Part shown: in pieces, positions 26,318-39,366 of the stretch
How positions within the stretch are numbered: position 1 is the stretch's first letter
How the letters are laid out: each line of letters starts with the position of its first letter
From: Octopus sinensis
Lineage: Eukaryota
NCBI RefSeq assembly: GCF_006345805.1
Contig: NW_021833718.1
Location: forward strand, 1 to 53,372
Reading direction: 5' to 3'
DNA: 53,372 bases
The notes under the pieces: model-generated
The model's database searches: none
Told to the model about the DNA's origin: nothing
The model's input: only the letters and a program-made list of their open reading frames with translations
Made by a program: the position numbers and the translations under genes

Positions 26318-26705
26318 TTAGGCTAGAACTGGGCGCTGCTGCATAGTGCCAAGGACTCCAAATTTGCCATCAAGATGTAGGACAAAATACTGTGATAGCC
26401 TGGGCTTCAGAGGCCCACAGCTCTTCATTATCCCCCCGAAGAACCTGAGAGACCTGCATGGGGTGGATGCAGATGTCTTTAAAATAAAACTGGGTCTCTT
26501 CCTGTTAGGCGTCCCAGATGAACCAACTTCTCGGCAGGAGGTGCAGATGAGGGCAGCTGCATCGAACTCTCTCATGCACCAAATGGCAATTGCTAAAAAG
26601 CATTCGTGAAGTAAAATCATATAGCAACACCAAATGGCGGTGCCCCAGCATGGCCACAGCTCGTGAGCTGAAACTAGATAAAATTTAAAAAAATAAATAA
26701 ATAAA
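26318..26705 (+). mobile_element. 5'-truncated CR1/L2-group LINE 3' end
   Basis: RTGRCCIVP...SLGFRGPQLF.I.PKNLRDL...VFKIKL.LFL.GVPDEP...AASNSL C-terminal pattern, stop, then GGCGGTGCCCCAGCATGGCCACAG tail and (AAAT)n. Confidence 0.75.
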
Positions 26706-26769
26706 ATGGCAATAAAGACTAATTTTAAATACTATATGGCTTTAGTTCAGTTCTGATTTAAACTCACGA

Positions 26770-27085
26770 AGGCGCGTGGCTTAGTGCTTAGGGAAAGCGG
26801 CGCACGATCGAAAGGTCGTGAGATTCTGGCAGCTCATCGTGTCCTTGAGCAAGACTCTTTATTTCAGGTTGGTTCAATCCACTCAGCTGGCAAAAATGTG
26901 TTGTACGTCTAATTCAAACGGCCAGCCTCGTCACATTCTGTATGACGCTGAATTTCCTCGAGAACTACGGTAAAGGTAGGCCTGTCTGTGGAGTATTCAA
27001 CCACTTACACGTTAAATTCCCGAGCAGGTTTTTCCGTTGATCGGATCAGCTGGACTACTCGTCGTCGTAACCGACGGATTGCCAT
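26770..27085 (+). mobile_element. tRNA-derived SINE family 3, diverged
   Basis: GGCGCGTGGCTTAGTG head, GTGTCCTTGAGCAAGAC core, tail ...GTCGTCGTAACCGACGGA. Confidence 0.8.
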
Positions 27086-27736
27086 TCGTTTACACTTAGA
27101 ATGACTTTTGTAGAGTTTAAGGAAATATATTGTTTTATATACTTAGTAGCAGAGATACGTTAATTAGGTCAAAATGCATTCACATCAGTGACCAACCATA
27201 ATGGGTGGGTGGGGTAATGGTTCAATATAAGTGGGTAGATTTTAAAATAGCCGAAAGAAAGAGGAAATAGATGAAAATAAGGTGTAAATATATATATATC
27301 GTTTTAATTTCGGGTATTAAGACCACTGCATAGCATTAAAGTTTTATACTTTTTTAAATATTATTGAATATTAGAAGTGTAATATTGAGCGAATGGAGTA
27401 AAGGAAGGTGAAATTCTTGTCATATTTCGTTACAATCAAGGAAAATAATTTTAAAATTTACAACAAAAATTGCACTTCTTCGAAATTACTTACCGTCCAT
27501 GACTCACTGGGCAGTGGAAACCACAGTTCTTTATTTTGCAGAGAGTACTCGGAATGATTTGAGGTTTAGAACAAGTTGCTTTGATATTACATACTCGGAT
27601 TGTGATGGTTTAGCTAGCAGTAGAAGGTCTTTAGGTTTTTTTTTTCAATCAAGGTATCTTTCAGTCAGGTTGATTACCCGGGCCAACCTGACTACCTCTC
27701 TATCCCTCCCAATCGTCCATTAGTGTTTTTAGGCCT

Positions 27737-27905
27737 TCAACTTCGCATCCAACGTATTATGCAAGCTGTTGTATATACGTCTTCCGTGGTCTTCCAGCGG
27801 CTCTTGGACCATGATTTGGTGTTACACAGCAACACATTACCCACAAATTCTTCCTTACTTCTCCAGCAGTGGCAAGCAAACCTCAGTCTCCGCTCATGAA
27901 TGTTG
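27737..27905 (-). mobile_element. RTE-group LINE C-terminal fragment
   Basis: IHERRLRFACHCWRSKEEFVGNVLL, then a frameshifted GRPRKTYIQQL; resembles the RRLxFAGHCxR...GRP..T motif. Confidence 0.7.
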
Positions 27906-28079
27906 TCAGTCCTTGTTTGTCCCCTTGTGGGCAATAAAGAAATTTGAAATAAGAAATGCGAATTTATTTAATGTACCACAGTAATCATACTGAATAACCA
28001 GTTTCGTTTCATTCCCTCTTCCCTCTTTCATTTCTCATTCTTTTATATGCAATGATTTTCGAAGATATGGGGGGGGGGA

Positions 28080-28459
28080 TCACTCCGTCGGTTACGATGA
28101 CGAGGGTTCCGGTTGATCCGAATCAACGGAACAGCCTGCTCGTGAAATTAACGTGTAAGTGGCTGAGCACTCCACAGACACGTGCACCCTTAACGTAGTT
28201 CTCGGGGATATTCAGCGTGACACAGAGAGTGACACGGCCGACCCTTTGAAATACAGGTACAACAGAAACAAGAAGTAAGAGTGAGAGAAAGTTGTGGTGA
28301 AAGAGTACAGCAGGGATCACCACCATCCCCTGCCGGAGCCTCGTGGAACTTTTAGGTGTTTTCGTTCAATAAACACTCACAACGCCCGGTCTGGGAATCG
28401 AAACCGCGATCCTATGACCGCGAGTCCGCTGTCCTAACAACTGGGCCATTGCGCCTCCA
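28080..28459 (-). mobile_element. SINE family 3 variant, full length
   Basis: Minus-strand GGAGGCGCAATGGCCCAGT head, GGTTTCGATTCCC B-box, same tail as the 26770 copy. Confidence 0.85.
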
Positions 28460-29262
28460 CTTTCGAAGATATAATACAGTAACTAAATGTGTTTACATCC
28501 ATCTCGTTCGAAATAAAACAACAGTGTACCGATATGGCATTTGAGAACGGGAAAAATATGTTGATTTTTGCTGCTGTTTGTCTTCTTTGTAAAGTATTTT
28601 GGGACGTCTGCGTATCACAATACTGTCGTACCCTTATCCATTTTTCACAAACCACCGAAGAAGATTGGTCGCTCGCATATCTGGTCTGTGTTTAACTTCT
28701 TCAAGATTATCAGTGTCATAGTATATTAACCAATTACCTATTTTTCAAACGAACGGAAAGTTCCACTGTTGGACAGTATGAAGAAATCAAATCAAAGGAT
28801 GGATGGATTTTGATACATCGATTCTTGCATCAAAACCCATCTTAAACACAAATACGTCTGGATTTCATTTATTCCTCCTTTAGTGATTGAATACGCTTGG
28901 TCATTGAACTGTCATAGGTTAAGAAATCTGTATCAGAAATTCAATGTAGCCCACGCCATAACGCTTTCGAAATAGCAGATATATTGATCTCAAACTACCT
29001 TCAAATGTACTCCGAACGCATATATACCTATATAAAGAGCAAGGAAGAATTAATGTGGCTAGAAATATTTTCCGATAAACAAGTATTAAAGATGTATTTC
29101 CAAACGCAGAACTTTCATGTACACTGTTGTACAATAACCAAGAAAGCTAGTATGAACTTATTGTACATTAAAATTATTATAATATCTAATGTTGTGACAA
29201 GGTCAGTAATTTTAAGTGGTGTAATTCGAATACATCGACCCTCACCTCTCGATTAGTAATTA

Positions 29263-29670
29263 CTAGCAGCATAGCCCGGCGTTGTCCGAGTATGTAAGAG
29301 CCCCTAGTAGGCAACGACTAATCCTAATCTAGTTCTTTCCCTCCAGGGAACGAAGGCGCATGTGTAGGTTGCAATGTCTTCTCTTCACTCGAATACTTCT
29401 ATGTATACGATGTTCCTAGCTGTCTCCCGACAGAAAATGTGTTGCATATAAAAAGCTTAGATTCTCGACCCCATGTCGAATTTATCGATTATTTTCAGAA
29501 CTGGGGGAACTTTTAAAAATTTTCGCTGCGTTAGTTTTGAATTATGACATTGGGCTATGTGTGTGTTAAGTTCCATCAGAATCAGTTGAACGCCGTGGTC
29601 AGGGTGAGGGTACAACCTGACAGACACACAGACAGACAGACAGACAAACTGCCGTTTATATATATAGAGA
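29263..29670 (-). mobile_element. Non-autonomous Helitron, same family as 14561-14941
   Basis: A|TC...CTAG|T ends, subterminal GC-rich hairpin-like segment, ~200 bp nearly identical to the other copy. Confidence 0.75.
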
Positions 29671-30398
29671 TATAACCGACCCGAAAAGATGAAAGGCAAA
29701 GTCGTCTTCGGTGGAAATTTGAACTCAGATTATAACAAACGAATATATATGCTGTTATGCATTTTATCCGACGACCTAAGGTCTAGACGAATTCAGCACA
29801 AAACAAAGTTTATCTTCCAATGTTTTCTTACTGCAAGAGAACAGTGCGTATCCTCTTAAGGAAAAATGTAAAATCCCCTTAAGAGGCAGTAGAAGAGGAC
29901 TGTGGTTCTTTGCCAAACTAACAGCTTAAACGAAGTTACACACAAGAAATATCCGACAAGTTTTGGTCTGGGCCAGTAATTTTAAGGAGCGGGTAAATGG
30001 ATTACATCGACTCCCAGCGGTCAACTGGTACTTATTTATTTTGGAACAGGGTCCTCAATTTCATTGACCCCAGTATTCAACTGGTACTTATTTTATTAAC
30101 ACCCGAAAGGATAAAAGGTAAGGTCAACCTCGGAAGAACTGAAAACCAGAACTTGAAGACGGACGAAATCACTTCTAAGTGTTTATGCAGGCGTGTTACG
30201 ATTCGGCCGGACCACTGCCTTAGAAATTATCACATATATTACCATTAAGTACCGTGCTAGAATCGGGTTTAACATCTATTTGCGAACACACAGAAATAAA
30301 ATGCCTCCCAGTAGAGTACGGGAATTACCAAAGCGCCTAATGATTTGGGCTTCATAGAAGGAAACTGTCTCAGACAGAGGTATAAACATAGACATGTG

Positions 30399-30547
30399 TG
30401 CAGGAGTGGCTGTCTGGAAAGAAGCTTGCGACCTAACGACGTGGTTCCGGGTTCAGTCCCACAGCATGATACCTTGTGAAAGTAGCCTCGGGCTAACCAA
30501 AGCCTTGTGAATGGATTTGTTAGAGGGAAACTGAAAGAAGCCCGTCG

Positions 30548-30613
<66 letters not shown>

Positions 30614-30829
30614 CGTGTGTCTGTGTTTGTCTCCCCACCACCAACATCGCTTCACAACCGATGCTGGTGCGTTTACAACCCCGTCACTTAGCGATTCGGC
30701 AAAAGAGACCGCTAGAATACGTACTAGGCTCACAAAGAATAAGTCCTGGGTTCGATTTGCTCGACTAAAGGCGGTGCTCCAGCATGGCCACAGTCAAATG
30801 ACTGAAACAAGTAAAAGAGTGAGAGAGTA
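30399..30829 (+). mobile_element. SINE family 1, diverged
   Basis: Head, core, internal (TA)n(GT)n and tail all present. Confidence 0.88.
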
Positions 30830-31151
30830 ACCCTTAAAAAAAACGGAGACTAAATTAACCTGTTCAGGACTTGAACTCAGAGCATAAGGAAAAAAATAAA
30901 TAAAAACTCTGCTACGCACATTGACCAATGCGCTGACGATTGTTGCAACTTCAACCCCTAGATAATATTTTCAATGGACACGTGATCTTAGACAGTTTAT
31001 TTTGATGACGTCATAATAACAAATTGAGATAAACAAAAAAAATCCATTGCGATTTTGCAGCTTCTTTGACGATAGCTTCTTGTGGGTAACTCTTGCAATT
31101 CATTCCTTTGCGTTAATAAATTTACTGATTATTAATTTTGTTTCTTGAAAA

Positions 31152-31350
31152 ATGACAACTAATGTTACCAACCATGGTTTCCTCGCACGTCTGCATGCAA
31201 GAGCCAAGCGAATTCTTGAAGCTATAGGCCCGTGTTTCAAGAAACCTGAAACAGATGAAGATGCACCAGAAAACAACATAGAGGTTTCCTCGATGACGAT
31301 AACATCAGAGGAATCCAATCTGAATCAATCCGCTGCCAAAGATAAAGAAG
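31152..31350 (+). CDS. Orphan gene A, coding exon 1 (MTTNVTNHGFLARLHARAKRILEAIGPCFKKPETDED...AAKDKE)
   Basis: AAAAATG start, 66 codons + 1 nt, strong donor AAG|GTGAGT at 31351; paralogous to 52217. Confidence 0.8.
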
Positions 31351-31414
31351 GTGAGTTTAGATGCATGTGTTTCCCTGTGTGCATGTTATAATATATATAT
31401 ATATATATATAGAG

Positions 31415-31815
31415 AGAGAATGGTTGTATAGTGTCAATCTAACACGAACGTGACAGTCGGTGGGTGTACACCACCGCTGTATAGCCCTAGGAAGCATCGA
31501 CGCCTCCTGATGGCTTTGACACATTTTTCCCTGTGTCCTTATATACATTTACGAAGGGGAGACAAACACCCCCGGCCGCCGGAGCTGCATCTAGGGACAC
31601 GTGTTTCAGGATCAGTGTCCCCTTCGTAAATGTATATAAGGACACAGGGAAAAATGTGTCAAAGCCATCAGGAGGCGTCGATGCTCCTAGGCTATACAGC
31701 GGTGGTGTACCCCCCCCTACTGTCACGTTCGTGTCAGATTGACAGTATACAACCATTCTATCGCCCCACCACCGTACATGTCTCTACGAGAGATTTAGAA
31801 ACTTAGTATTTCTTT
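31415..31815. repeat. Fold-back element in intron 1 (~145-bp arms, 31417-31563 / 31615-31758)
   Basis: GAATGGTTGTATA...TTACGAAGGGGA mirrored by TCCCCTTCGTAA...TATACAACCATTC; bounded by (TA)n. Confidence 0.85.
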
Positions 31816-31857
31816 TATATATATATATATAATATATATATATATTATATATATATA

Positions 31858-32368
31858 TAATACAAAATAAGAAAATGGAGAAATACATCTAAATCAAATA
31901 TCAACTACCAGATAATACCCAATCACATACTTTATTAAACCACCACATAAGAAACTTTAAGGTCAAACATAATAATATAGGACTATATTTATTTATATTT
32001 ATATTCTCTTATACATATTGTACTTATTGTATCATATTACTCCTTTATGTACACTCCTTTATGTACACTGTTTTGTTCTATATTATTATGTTTGACCTTA
32101 TAGTTTCTTATGTGGTGGTTTAATAAAGTATGTGATTGGGTATTATCTGGTAGTTGATATTTGATTTGGATGTATTTCTCCATTTTCTTATTTTGTATTA
32201 TGAATTTGTGTTAAAACATTTTACCTTTGGCCATATAATACAGTAAATGAATTAATTACATCGCAATTCTTAACATTTATGTATTAACTCTGTTGGGTAC
32301 TTCACTAGCAGTATATTGGATATATGTTATCCCATGGAGGGTTGCATTTACAACCCCTATCTCAATTT
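31858..32368. repeat. Second fold-back element in intron 1 (~123-bp arms, 31858-31980 / 32078-32200)
   Basis: TAATACAAAATAAGAAAATGGAG...CATAATAATATAG nearly perfectly mirrored; bounded by (TA)n. Confidence 0.85.
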
Positions 32369-32771
32369 GTATATATATATACACATATATATATATATAT
32401 GTGTGTGTGTGTGTATGTGTGTGTGTGTATTTATAAATATATATTTGCACATATATATACATATATAAATATAAAAATATTCTATCATTACTATTGATAT
32501 ACACACACATATATATATATAGTATATATATTCTCGAATGCATCTATGCATGAATGCTTATATATTTATAATTATATATACTCTATATGTGTTTGTGTGT
32601 ATAAATTGTTAGAAATATACATGTGCTTGTATGTATGTTTATATGTATGTATCTATGTATGTATGTATGTATGTATGTATGTATGTATGTATGTATGTAT
32701 GTATGTATGTATGTAGTACATATGTACGTATGTATGTATACCTATTATATTTGTTATTTTCTCTTCAACAG

Positions 32772-32819
32772 ATACAAATTCCGAGCATTCAGAATTATCT
32801 GATGAAACACATATAAGAT
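32772..32819 (+). CDS. Gene A micro-exon 2 (48 nt, phase 1-1; [16 protein letters not shown])
   Basis: TTTTCTCTTCAACAG acceptor, GTAAGA donor, open frame; homologous to 47613-47654. Confidence 0.8.
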
Positions 32820-32979
32820 GTAAGATATATCGACTAGTCTTTATAAATTTTCTTTATCAGTGTCATTTATTGGGGTCTGATATCTGCAGTATACCTGTAT
32901 TACATACACACACACACACATACACACAAACGCTCACAAACATACAAATACGCACATACACACACGAACACTGACACTC

Positions 32980-33016
<37 letters not shown>

Positions 33017-33292
33017 ATATATATAATATATATATATATTATTGAAGAAGATAAATGAATTATCTTATTACGGATAATTCAAATGATAACCGATACCTGG
33101 GTAGCAAAAATCACAACAGAAAAAGCACGGTTGAGGTTACGACCATGGGGCCTAAGATCCGTGCCTTAGTGCGGAAATTTGAAGTTTTATATATTTAGTA
33201 CAGACAGTTTTGTGCCATTTATTCCATGGGCTCCTCGTGAGCGTTCTGTCGAAAAGCTTGCTGTGCATTTTGTTGGCGAATTAAGTTCCTGA

Positions 33293-33378
33293 ATTTTCCT
33301 GAAGAGAAGGCTGCAAAATGGACTCCTTATTCAATTCAAATTAGGGACTTTGCAGCCTTTGAAACATATGTAGAAAAT
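33293..33378 (+). ncRNA. Type I hammerhead ribozyme within a PLE-derived element (33043-33428)
   Basis: Stem I ATTTTC/GAAAAT; CTGAAGA 33299-33305; stem II GAAGGCTGCAAA/TTTGCAGCCTTT; GAAAC-ATAT-GTA. Confidence 0.82.
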
Positions 33379-33730
33379 AATAAAAAGGAATTTTGTTAAA
33401 TCTTCGTTCAGCTCCATTTCTTCCTACACTATATATATATATATATATATATATTGATACTTAGCAGTAGTAAGGAAGTGCCTGAAGATCCGAGACATAC
33501 ACTACCACACATAAATGGCACTCGTGTTTCTACGAATCTTGCTACAATAAATTTTCTATCTCTGTGCGAGAAAGAGAGCTGATGTTCGTAGAACTGTATG
33601 TGCGTGTGAATGTATATGTGTTCGTGTCTGTGTATGTGAGTGTGTGTGATTGACGAATATGTACACCTGTACACCTGAGTGTCTAAGGCATTGGGATAAT
33701 TTATTTGTTCTTCTTTTTTCTCCTTTTCAG

Positions 33731-33778
33731 ACCGTTCGGACGATTCCTCAGACGGACGTGGCCAAGCATATCTTGATG
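33731..33778 (+). CDS. Gene A micro-exon 3 (48 nt, phase 1-1; YRSDDSSDGRGQAYLD)
   Basis: TTTTTTCTCCTTTTCAG acceptor, GTGAGT donor; homologous to 48695-48721. Confidence 0.8.
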
Positions 33779-34185
33779 GTGAGTTGTGTTGTAACTTATG
33801 TATATCCTAGTGTCTCAATTGCATCCGTCAGTTTTTACAGCTTTGCGACTTCTCATCACCCCACGAACATATATGTATACACACACACACAGGACACACT
33901 TCTGTTATACACGTACACATGTATAACAGTGTGTATATATATATATATGTATATATATGTATATATATATATATATATATTTGTTGATTCGTTAGCTTCT
34001 GCACGCATTTTTTCTCTCTCCTTGTTTCTCTCCGTGTTTCTTTTCTGTGTATCTTTCTGTCGAAGAGCGTAGGCTCGAAACGTAAAAGACTTTTTCTATT
34101 TCTATTCCTGAGCGCCATACTATTACATTTGTTTGTTTGTACTCCACCTGCCTTCGTCTTTTGTTTATTGTCGTAAAGCTTCCCG

Positions 34186-34226
<41 letters not shown>

Positions 34227-35190
34227 CGTGTGTGTATATTTTTTTAATTCGGCGTCCCACGTGGCTCCGGCAGGGAGTGGTACCGAACCCTGCAGTACTC
34301 TTTCACCACAACTTCTTCTCACATGTTTGGCCTCTTTATCCTCAGCCGTGTAGTCCCCTTCTCTGCAGATCTGTGATGGCAGATAAAGCCTTCCTCTTTA
34401 GTACCCTCTTCAATCCAGACCCATTCAGAGAAACGTGAAGCGAACGCTTCACAAATTGCCAGTATGTATGTGTGCACGTATGTATGTATGTATGCATGTA
34501 TGTATGTATGTATGTATGTATGTATGTATGTATGTATGTATGTCATTATTCAGCTTATGTCAAGATTTCTTGCCACTAGTGTATGAACCGGTTTCTAACC
34601 GAGATCCAAGGGTCCTTCATTGGAATTTCCACATCATAATTTTTGTATGTATGTATGTATGTATGTGTGTATGTATGTATATATGTATGTATGTATGTAT
34701 GTACGTACGTAGGAGAGTTTACGAAAAAAAACAAAAGACGAAGACAGGTGGTGTACAAAACAAACAGATGTATTAATATAACGGACAGGAATAGAAAAAG
34801 TATTTTATGTTTCGAGCCTACGCTCTTCTACAGAAAGGGCCACAGAAAAAAAACAAGGAGAGAAAAAAATGTGTAGTGTGGCTAACGATCTATCATGGCG
34901 ACTATGTATGCATGTATGTATGTATGTATGTATGTATGTATGCATGTATGCATGCATGCATGTATGTATGTATGTATGTATGTATGTATGTATGTATGTA
35001 TGTATGTATGTGTGTATGTATGTATGTGCAGGTTTGTAAGTTTTATGTATGTATCCTCATGAATATAGTTGCATATTAGGACATGTATGTATCTGTGTGT
35101 AGGTGTGTAGGTATGTATGTATGTATATATAGTTGTATATTTGTTTGTTTGTATTGGTGGACTAATAATTATTATATTGTATCTTTTCAG

Positions 35191-35253
35191 ACATATTCCC
35201 GGCAATAGCTACTGTGCATTCCTCAGCGATGTTTATACCAAGAAATACTCAGA
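35191..35253 (+). CDS. Gene A exon 4 (63 nt, phase 1-1; DIFPAIATVHSSAMFIPRNTQ)
   Basis: ATCTTTTCAG acceptor, GTTAGT donor, open in the inherited frame. Confidence 0.65.
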
Positions 35254-35554
35254 GTTAGTTATGATAAACATCATTGTTTTTTCATTCATACAGTATATAC
35301 TCTCTCTCTCTTTCCTTCTTCCTCTCTCTCTCCCTCTCTTTCATTCTTCTTTTCTCTCTCCCTCTCATTCGCTCTTCCTCTCTCTCTCACTCTATTTCTC
35401 TCCCTCTCTCTCTCTATCTCTCTCTCTCACACACACAAGCACACACAGAACTGTTGTATACACAAATATTCGAAATATATCTCCTTACGTATATATATGC
35501 ATACCATTAAACTTCAGTTGCATTGCTCTTAATTCTGGGTTTCTCTCTTATCAG

Positions 35555-35617
35555 ACTCATCCTTTGTAGAGTCAACCGCTGATGACTCCCACCTTGCCGT
35601 ACAACCTTTTAACGGAA
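35555..35617 (+). CDS. Gene A exon 5 (63 nt, phase 1-1; NSSFVESTADDSHLAVQPFNG)
   Basis: TTTCTCTCTTATCAG acceptor, GTAAGT donor, open in the inherited frame. Confidence 0.7.
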
Positions 35618-35849
35618 GTAAGTGACTCCTTGCATGTCCTCTCCTCTTTTTCCTTTTAAAACATATCTGTTTTTATTTTTTTAAACACTTGGTGGTCAAT
35701 GATAGGAATATAAAAATACACACACGCATCATATATATATATATATTATATTAAATTAGAGACAACACCACTATTAGGCAAATCAAACAATGAAAAACTT
35801 AATCCAATACATAATATTGTTTAAACCTCGCCAAGTTAAATATTTAAAC

Positions 35850-35913
35850 CACCTGATGAATGACTGCGACTCAAAAATTTGAAGATGTTAGCAGGCATGA
35901 AACGATCGTAGTG
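35850..35913 (+). ncRNA. Type I hammerhead ribozyme in the loop of a fold-back element (35746-36125)
   Basis: CAC-CTGATGA-ATGACTGC...GCAGGCAT-GAAAC-GATC-GTA-GTG; stem I only 3 bp; arms 35746-35814 / 35977-36045. Confidence 0.7.
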
Positions 35914-36122
35914 TGATATTAATTATATTATTTTAATAATTTTGTTATATATTTAAATAATATAAATTAAATAATCTTATGTATTGGATTAAGTTTTTCA
36001 TTGTTTGATTTGCCTAATAGTGGTTTTGTCTCTAATTTAATATAATGTAATATTTTACTATAAAATTGTATTCAATCCTAAATCTGATTTTCCCTGTAAG
36101 TTTGGATTTATTCCCTAATATT

Positions 36123-36212
<90 letters not shown>

Positions 36213-36827
36213 AAAGAAAAACAGGATGCAAAGGATTTAGCGGTACATATGTTTCTGGCTTTATTGGACAATTTACATCAATGCATAATTGATGTAACAT
36301 TTATGTCAACAGCCTTCTTCAGCCGCGCACAATTACCACACCAAAGACATGTATTACATTATAGCAGGTTTGAGAAGAAGTTTGGGAAAAAGACGAGTTT
36401 CGTTGGGGATGCAAATCCTCACAGTCGTATACAGCAGAGCGAGACACCCAAACAAAACGTCCATACCGTTTTTTCACTCGATATAGAATGAGGAGGTTGG
36501 ATGTTGAGATGAAGAGGGAAGGAGTGGAAGGGGGTGAATCTTTAATGAGTTTGGGTTCACGAAGAGGAAAAATAGTAAGTGCAAAATGTAATAAAGGAGT
36601 AAAAACGTAAAGAAAGAGTAAAATTGTAAAAAAGTAAAAAAATAAGTATATAAGTATATAAAGATACAAAGGATGTCGTACGTCTGGTCTATATATATAT
36701 GCTCCCGAAACGTTTGTCGAGTGTCCCAACCAAGAGAAATCGATTCTAGATTAGTCCAAACAATTGTAAGTAATAATAATTCACGTACATTCCATCGTCT
36801 GTCTTTCATTTCTCGCACTCTCTCTCA

Positions 36828-36885
<58 letters not shown>

Positions 36886-37656
36886 TATATAATGTATGTA
36901 TGTATACAGCGGGCTTCGTTCAGTTTCCGTCTACCAAATCCACTAACAATATATATATATAAACAATACGGCACAATTATTTCACCTCAGGCGATATTAG
37001 AAGACACTTCCCTGAGGAAGTGGGACTGAGTCCAGAACCATGTAGTTGAGAAGCAAGCTTCTTACCACACAGCCACACCTCGCTTGACTGCGGCAATGCT
37101 GCAGCATTGCCGTATTTTAAGTAGAATGAATTGCGCATGTTACTTATTCATTGAACCCGGATATATAATCTATTGGTACGACTAGCCATTATAATATTAT
37201 AGAAGACGACTGAATAAGGATAGCCTACGTAAATAATGAATTATAAATGATTAATTCTCTGTGTTGATAATTAAGCAATTTATATATTATTGTTTGTCTT
37301 TTTGGTGTATACAACGCAGTGTGCGATAAATATATACATCGTTTTTGATTAAAATAAGATGTGAAATTTTCAATTCCTCGAGATTTGAAACATGTCAAAT
37401 ACAATCAGATTTTACCAAAGAACCAAGGACTGCTTCAGCTACGGTGATAAAGAAATACCAAAAACTAACTTCATACAACATGGTGTCCATCACTCGTAAA
37501 TCTAATAATATTTGTCATTTATTATCAGCAGATTATGATATCAGCAATAGATATCAGACGCCATTTAAGAGTATATTTTTGCCTGAACATGATGTATAAT
37601 ATACTGATGACTTATCGTAATTTTCATAAAATTAGTAATTTAATAAACTGTAATGA

Positions 37657-38525
37657 AATAATAAATCTCTGAACGAGGTATAAACAGTAACTGCACGACA
37701 GTGTGAGGTATACTTGCCATCTCAATATGGCTAACCACTAAGGGTGGGTGTTAGTGTCAATAGCTAGCTGGAGACGATGTTCTCCTGGGGTTACAAGCTA
37801 CAGTAACACCCACCCTTAGTGGTTAGCCATACTGAGATGGCAAATATACCTCACACTGTCGTGCAGTTACTGGTTATACCTCGTTCAGAATTTATTATTG
37901 CTTGCATACAGTTATTCGAGATCAGTGACTAAACGCTACTGGAAAAATGATATAAGTATTTGCATTGGGACCCCTTTCATCGAAAACCTATTTCTTTACT
38001 ACCCACAAGGGGCTAAACACAGAGGAGACAAACAAGGACAGACAGACGGATTAAGTCGACGATATCGAACCCAGTGCGTAACTGGTACTTAATTTATCGA
38101 CCCCGAAAGGATGAAAGGCAAAGTCGACCTCGGCGTAATTTGAACTCAGAACGTAGCAGCAGACGCAATACCGCTAAGCATTTCGTCCGACGTGCTAACG
38201 TTTCTGCCAGCTCGCCTTTCATCGAAAACCGGTGATTGTTTTACGCTGATGACAGGTCAATACCTAAGTATTTGCATTTGGACTCCTTTCATCGAAAACC
38301 TGCGATTGTCGTACGGTGGTGACAGGTCAATACCTAGAAACTGCAGTACGTGCGTATCACTTAGGTTGACGGGGGAAGGATGACCTCCATTTGCAAATAC
38401 CGATAGGGCACAGAAAATGTGTCAATAGTCAGCTGGAGACGATGTTTTCCTGGGGCTACAAGCTACAGTAACACCCACCCTTAGTCGTTAGCCATATTGA
38501 GATGGCAAATATACCTCAAACTGTA
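37657..38525. mobile_element. Rearranged TIR element (MITE-like) with an internal palindrome and a nested SINE
   Basis: Arm CAGTGTGAGGTATA...GGGTGGGTGTTA (37699) is mirrored at 37804-37859 and at 38469-38523. Confidence 0.7.
37989..38215 (-). mobile_element. SINE family 2 with 15-bp TSD
   Basis: CTTTCATCGAAAACC at 37974-37988 and 38216-38230. Confidence 0.9.
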
Positions 38526-39038
38526 ATGTATAAATGTTTGTCCGTACTTAATTTTTCCATGTTTGATTTCTGCCCGTTTCTCTTGTTTACGTCAAATTAT
38601 ATTCATTGACTTTTGTTTTCGGTCAATTTCCAGCTGATTTTTCCGATACTGAAGAAATAAGCCGTGGTCCCTTTTACGAACCACTTGTACTGACTGATAT
38701 TTTCTTTGAAAACGACTTAGTATACGTTCATCTCGCTGAATTCTTCGTGTTTGCTTTGAATGGTAACATAACCATGAATGTTGCCATATATTTGAATGCA
38801 TGTGAACAATAGGGTAAGACATAATTACAGGTGTTTGTAGTTCGCATCTGCCTTGCTCATCCATTAGTTATATGTGTGTCTATATACATCAATCTCTCTC
38901 TCTCTCTCTCTCTCTCCTCTCCGTCCTCTCTCTCTCTCTCTCTCTCTGTATATATAGAATAGCAAAAACTGTCCGACGAACGGGAACGTGAACCTCAGAG
39001 TAACAGGTTTTGTTGAATTTTCTGCTGCTTTAAATAAA

Positions 39039-39084
<46 letters not shown>

Positions 39085-39366
39085 ATTGAGTAGTTGAATG
39101 AATTATCTTATTATGGATAATTCGGTTAACCGATACTTGGGTAGCAAATTCACGTCAGAAAAACACGGTTGAAGCTACATGCCTAGGGCAGAGGTCACGT
39201 GCTATCGTGTGGAAATTTGTGTGTTTTTTTTTTAATACAAATAAATGAAAGAATGGAGTTGAACGACGAATTAACAAAATTCCCTTATTTTATTTTCGAC
39301 ATGTTTCGAAGGCTGCATATTCCTAATTTCGAAGGAATAAGGGTGCATTATGCCGCCTTCTCATAC

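Noticed and set aside
32799-32810. CTGATGAAAC as a hammerhead core (also at ~47634)
   Set aside because: No stem II between CTGATGA and GAAA; it is coding sequence of micro-exon 2.
37345-37599. 84-aa ORF, or a pair of extra exons of gene A
   Set aside because: The acceptor at 37408 has a poor pyrimidine tract, the implied intron is only ~35 nt, and the donors are weak; left out of the gene model.
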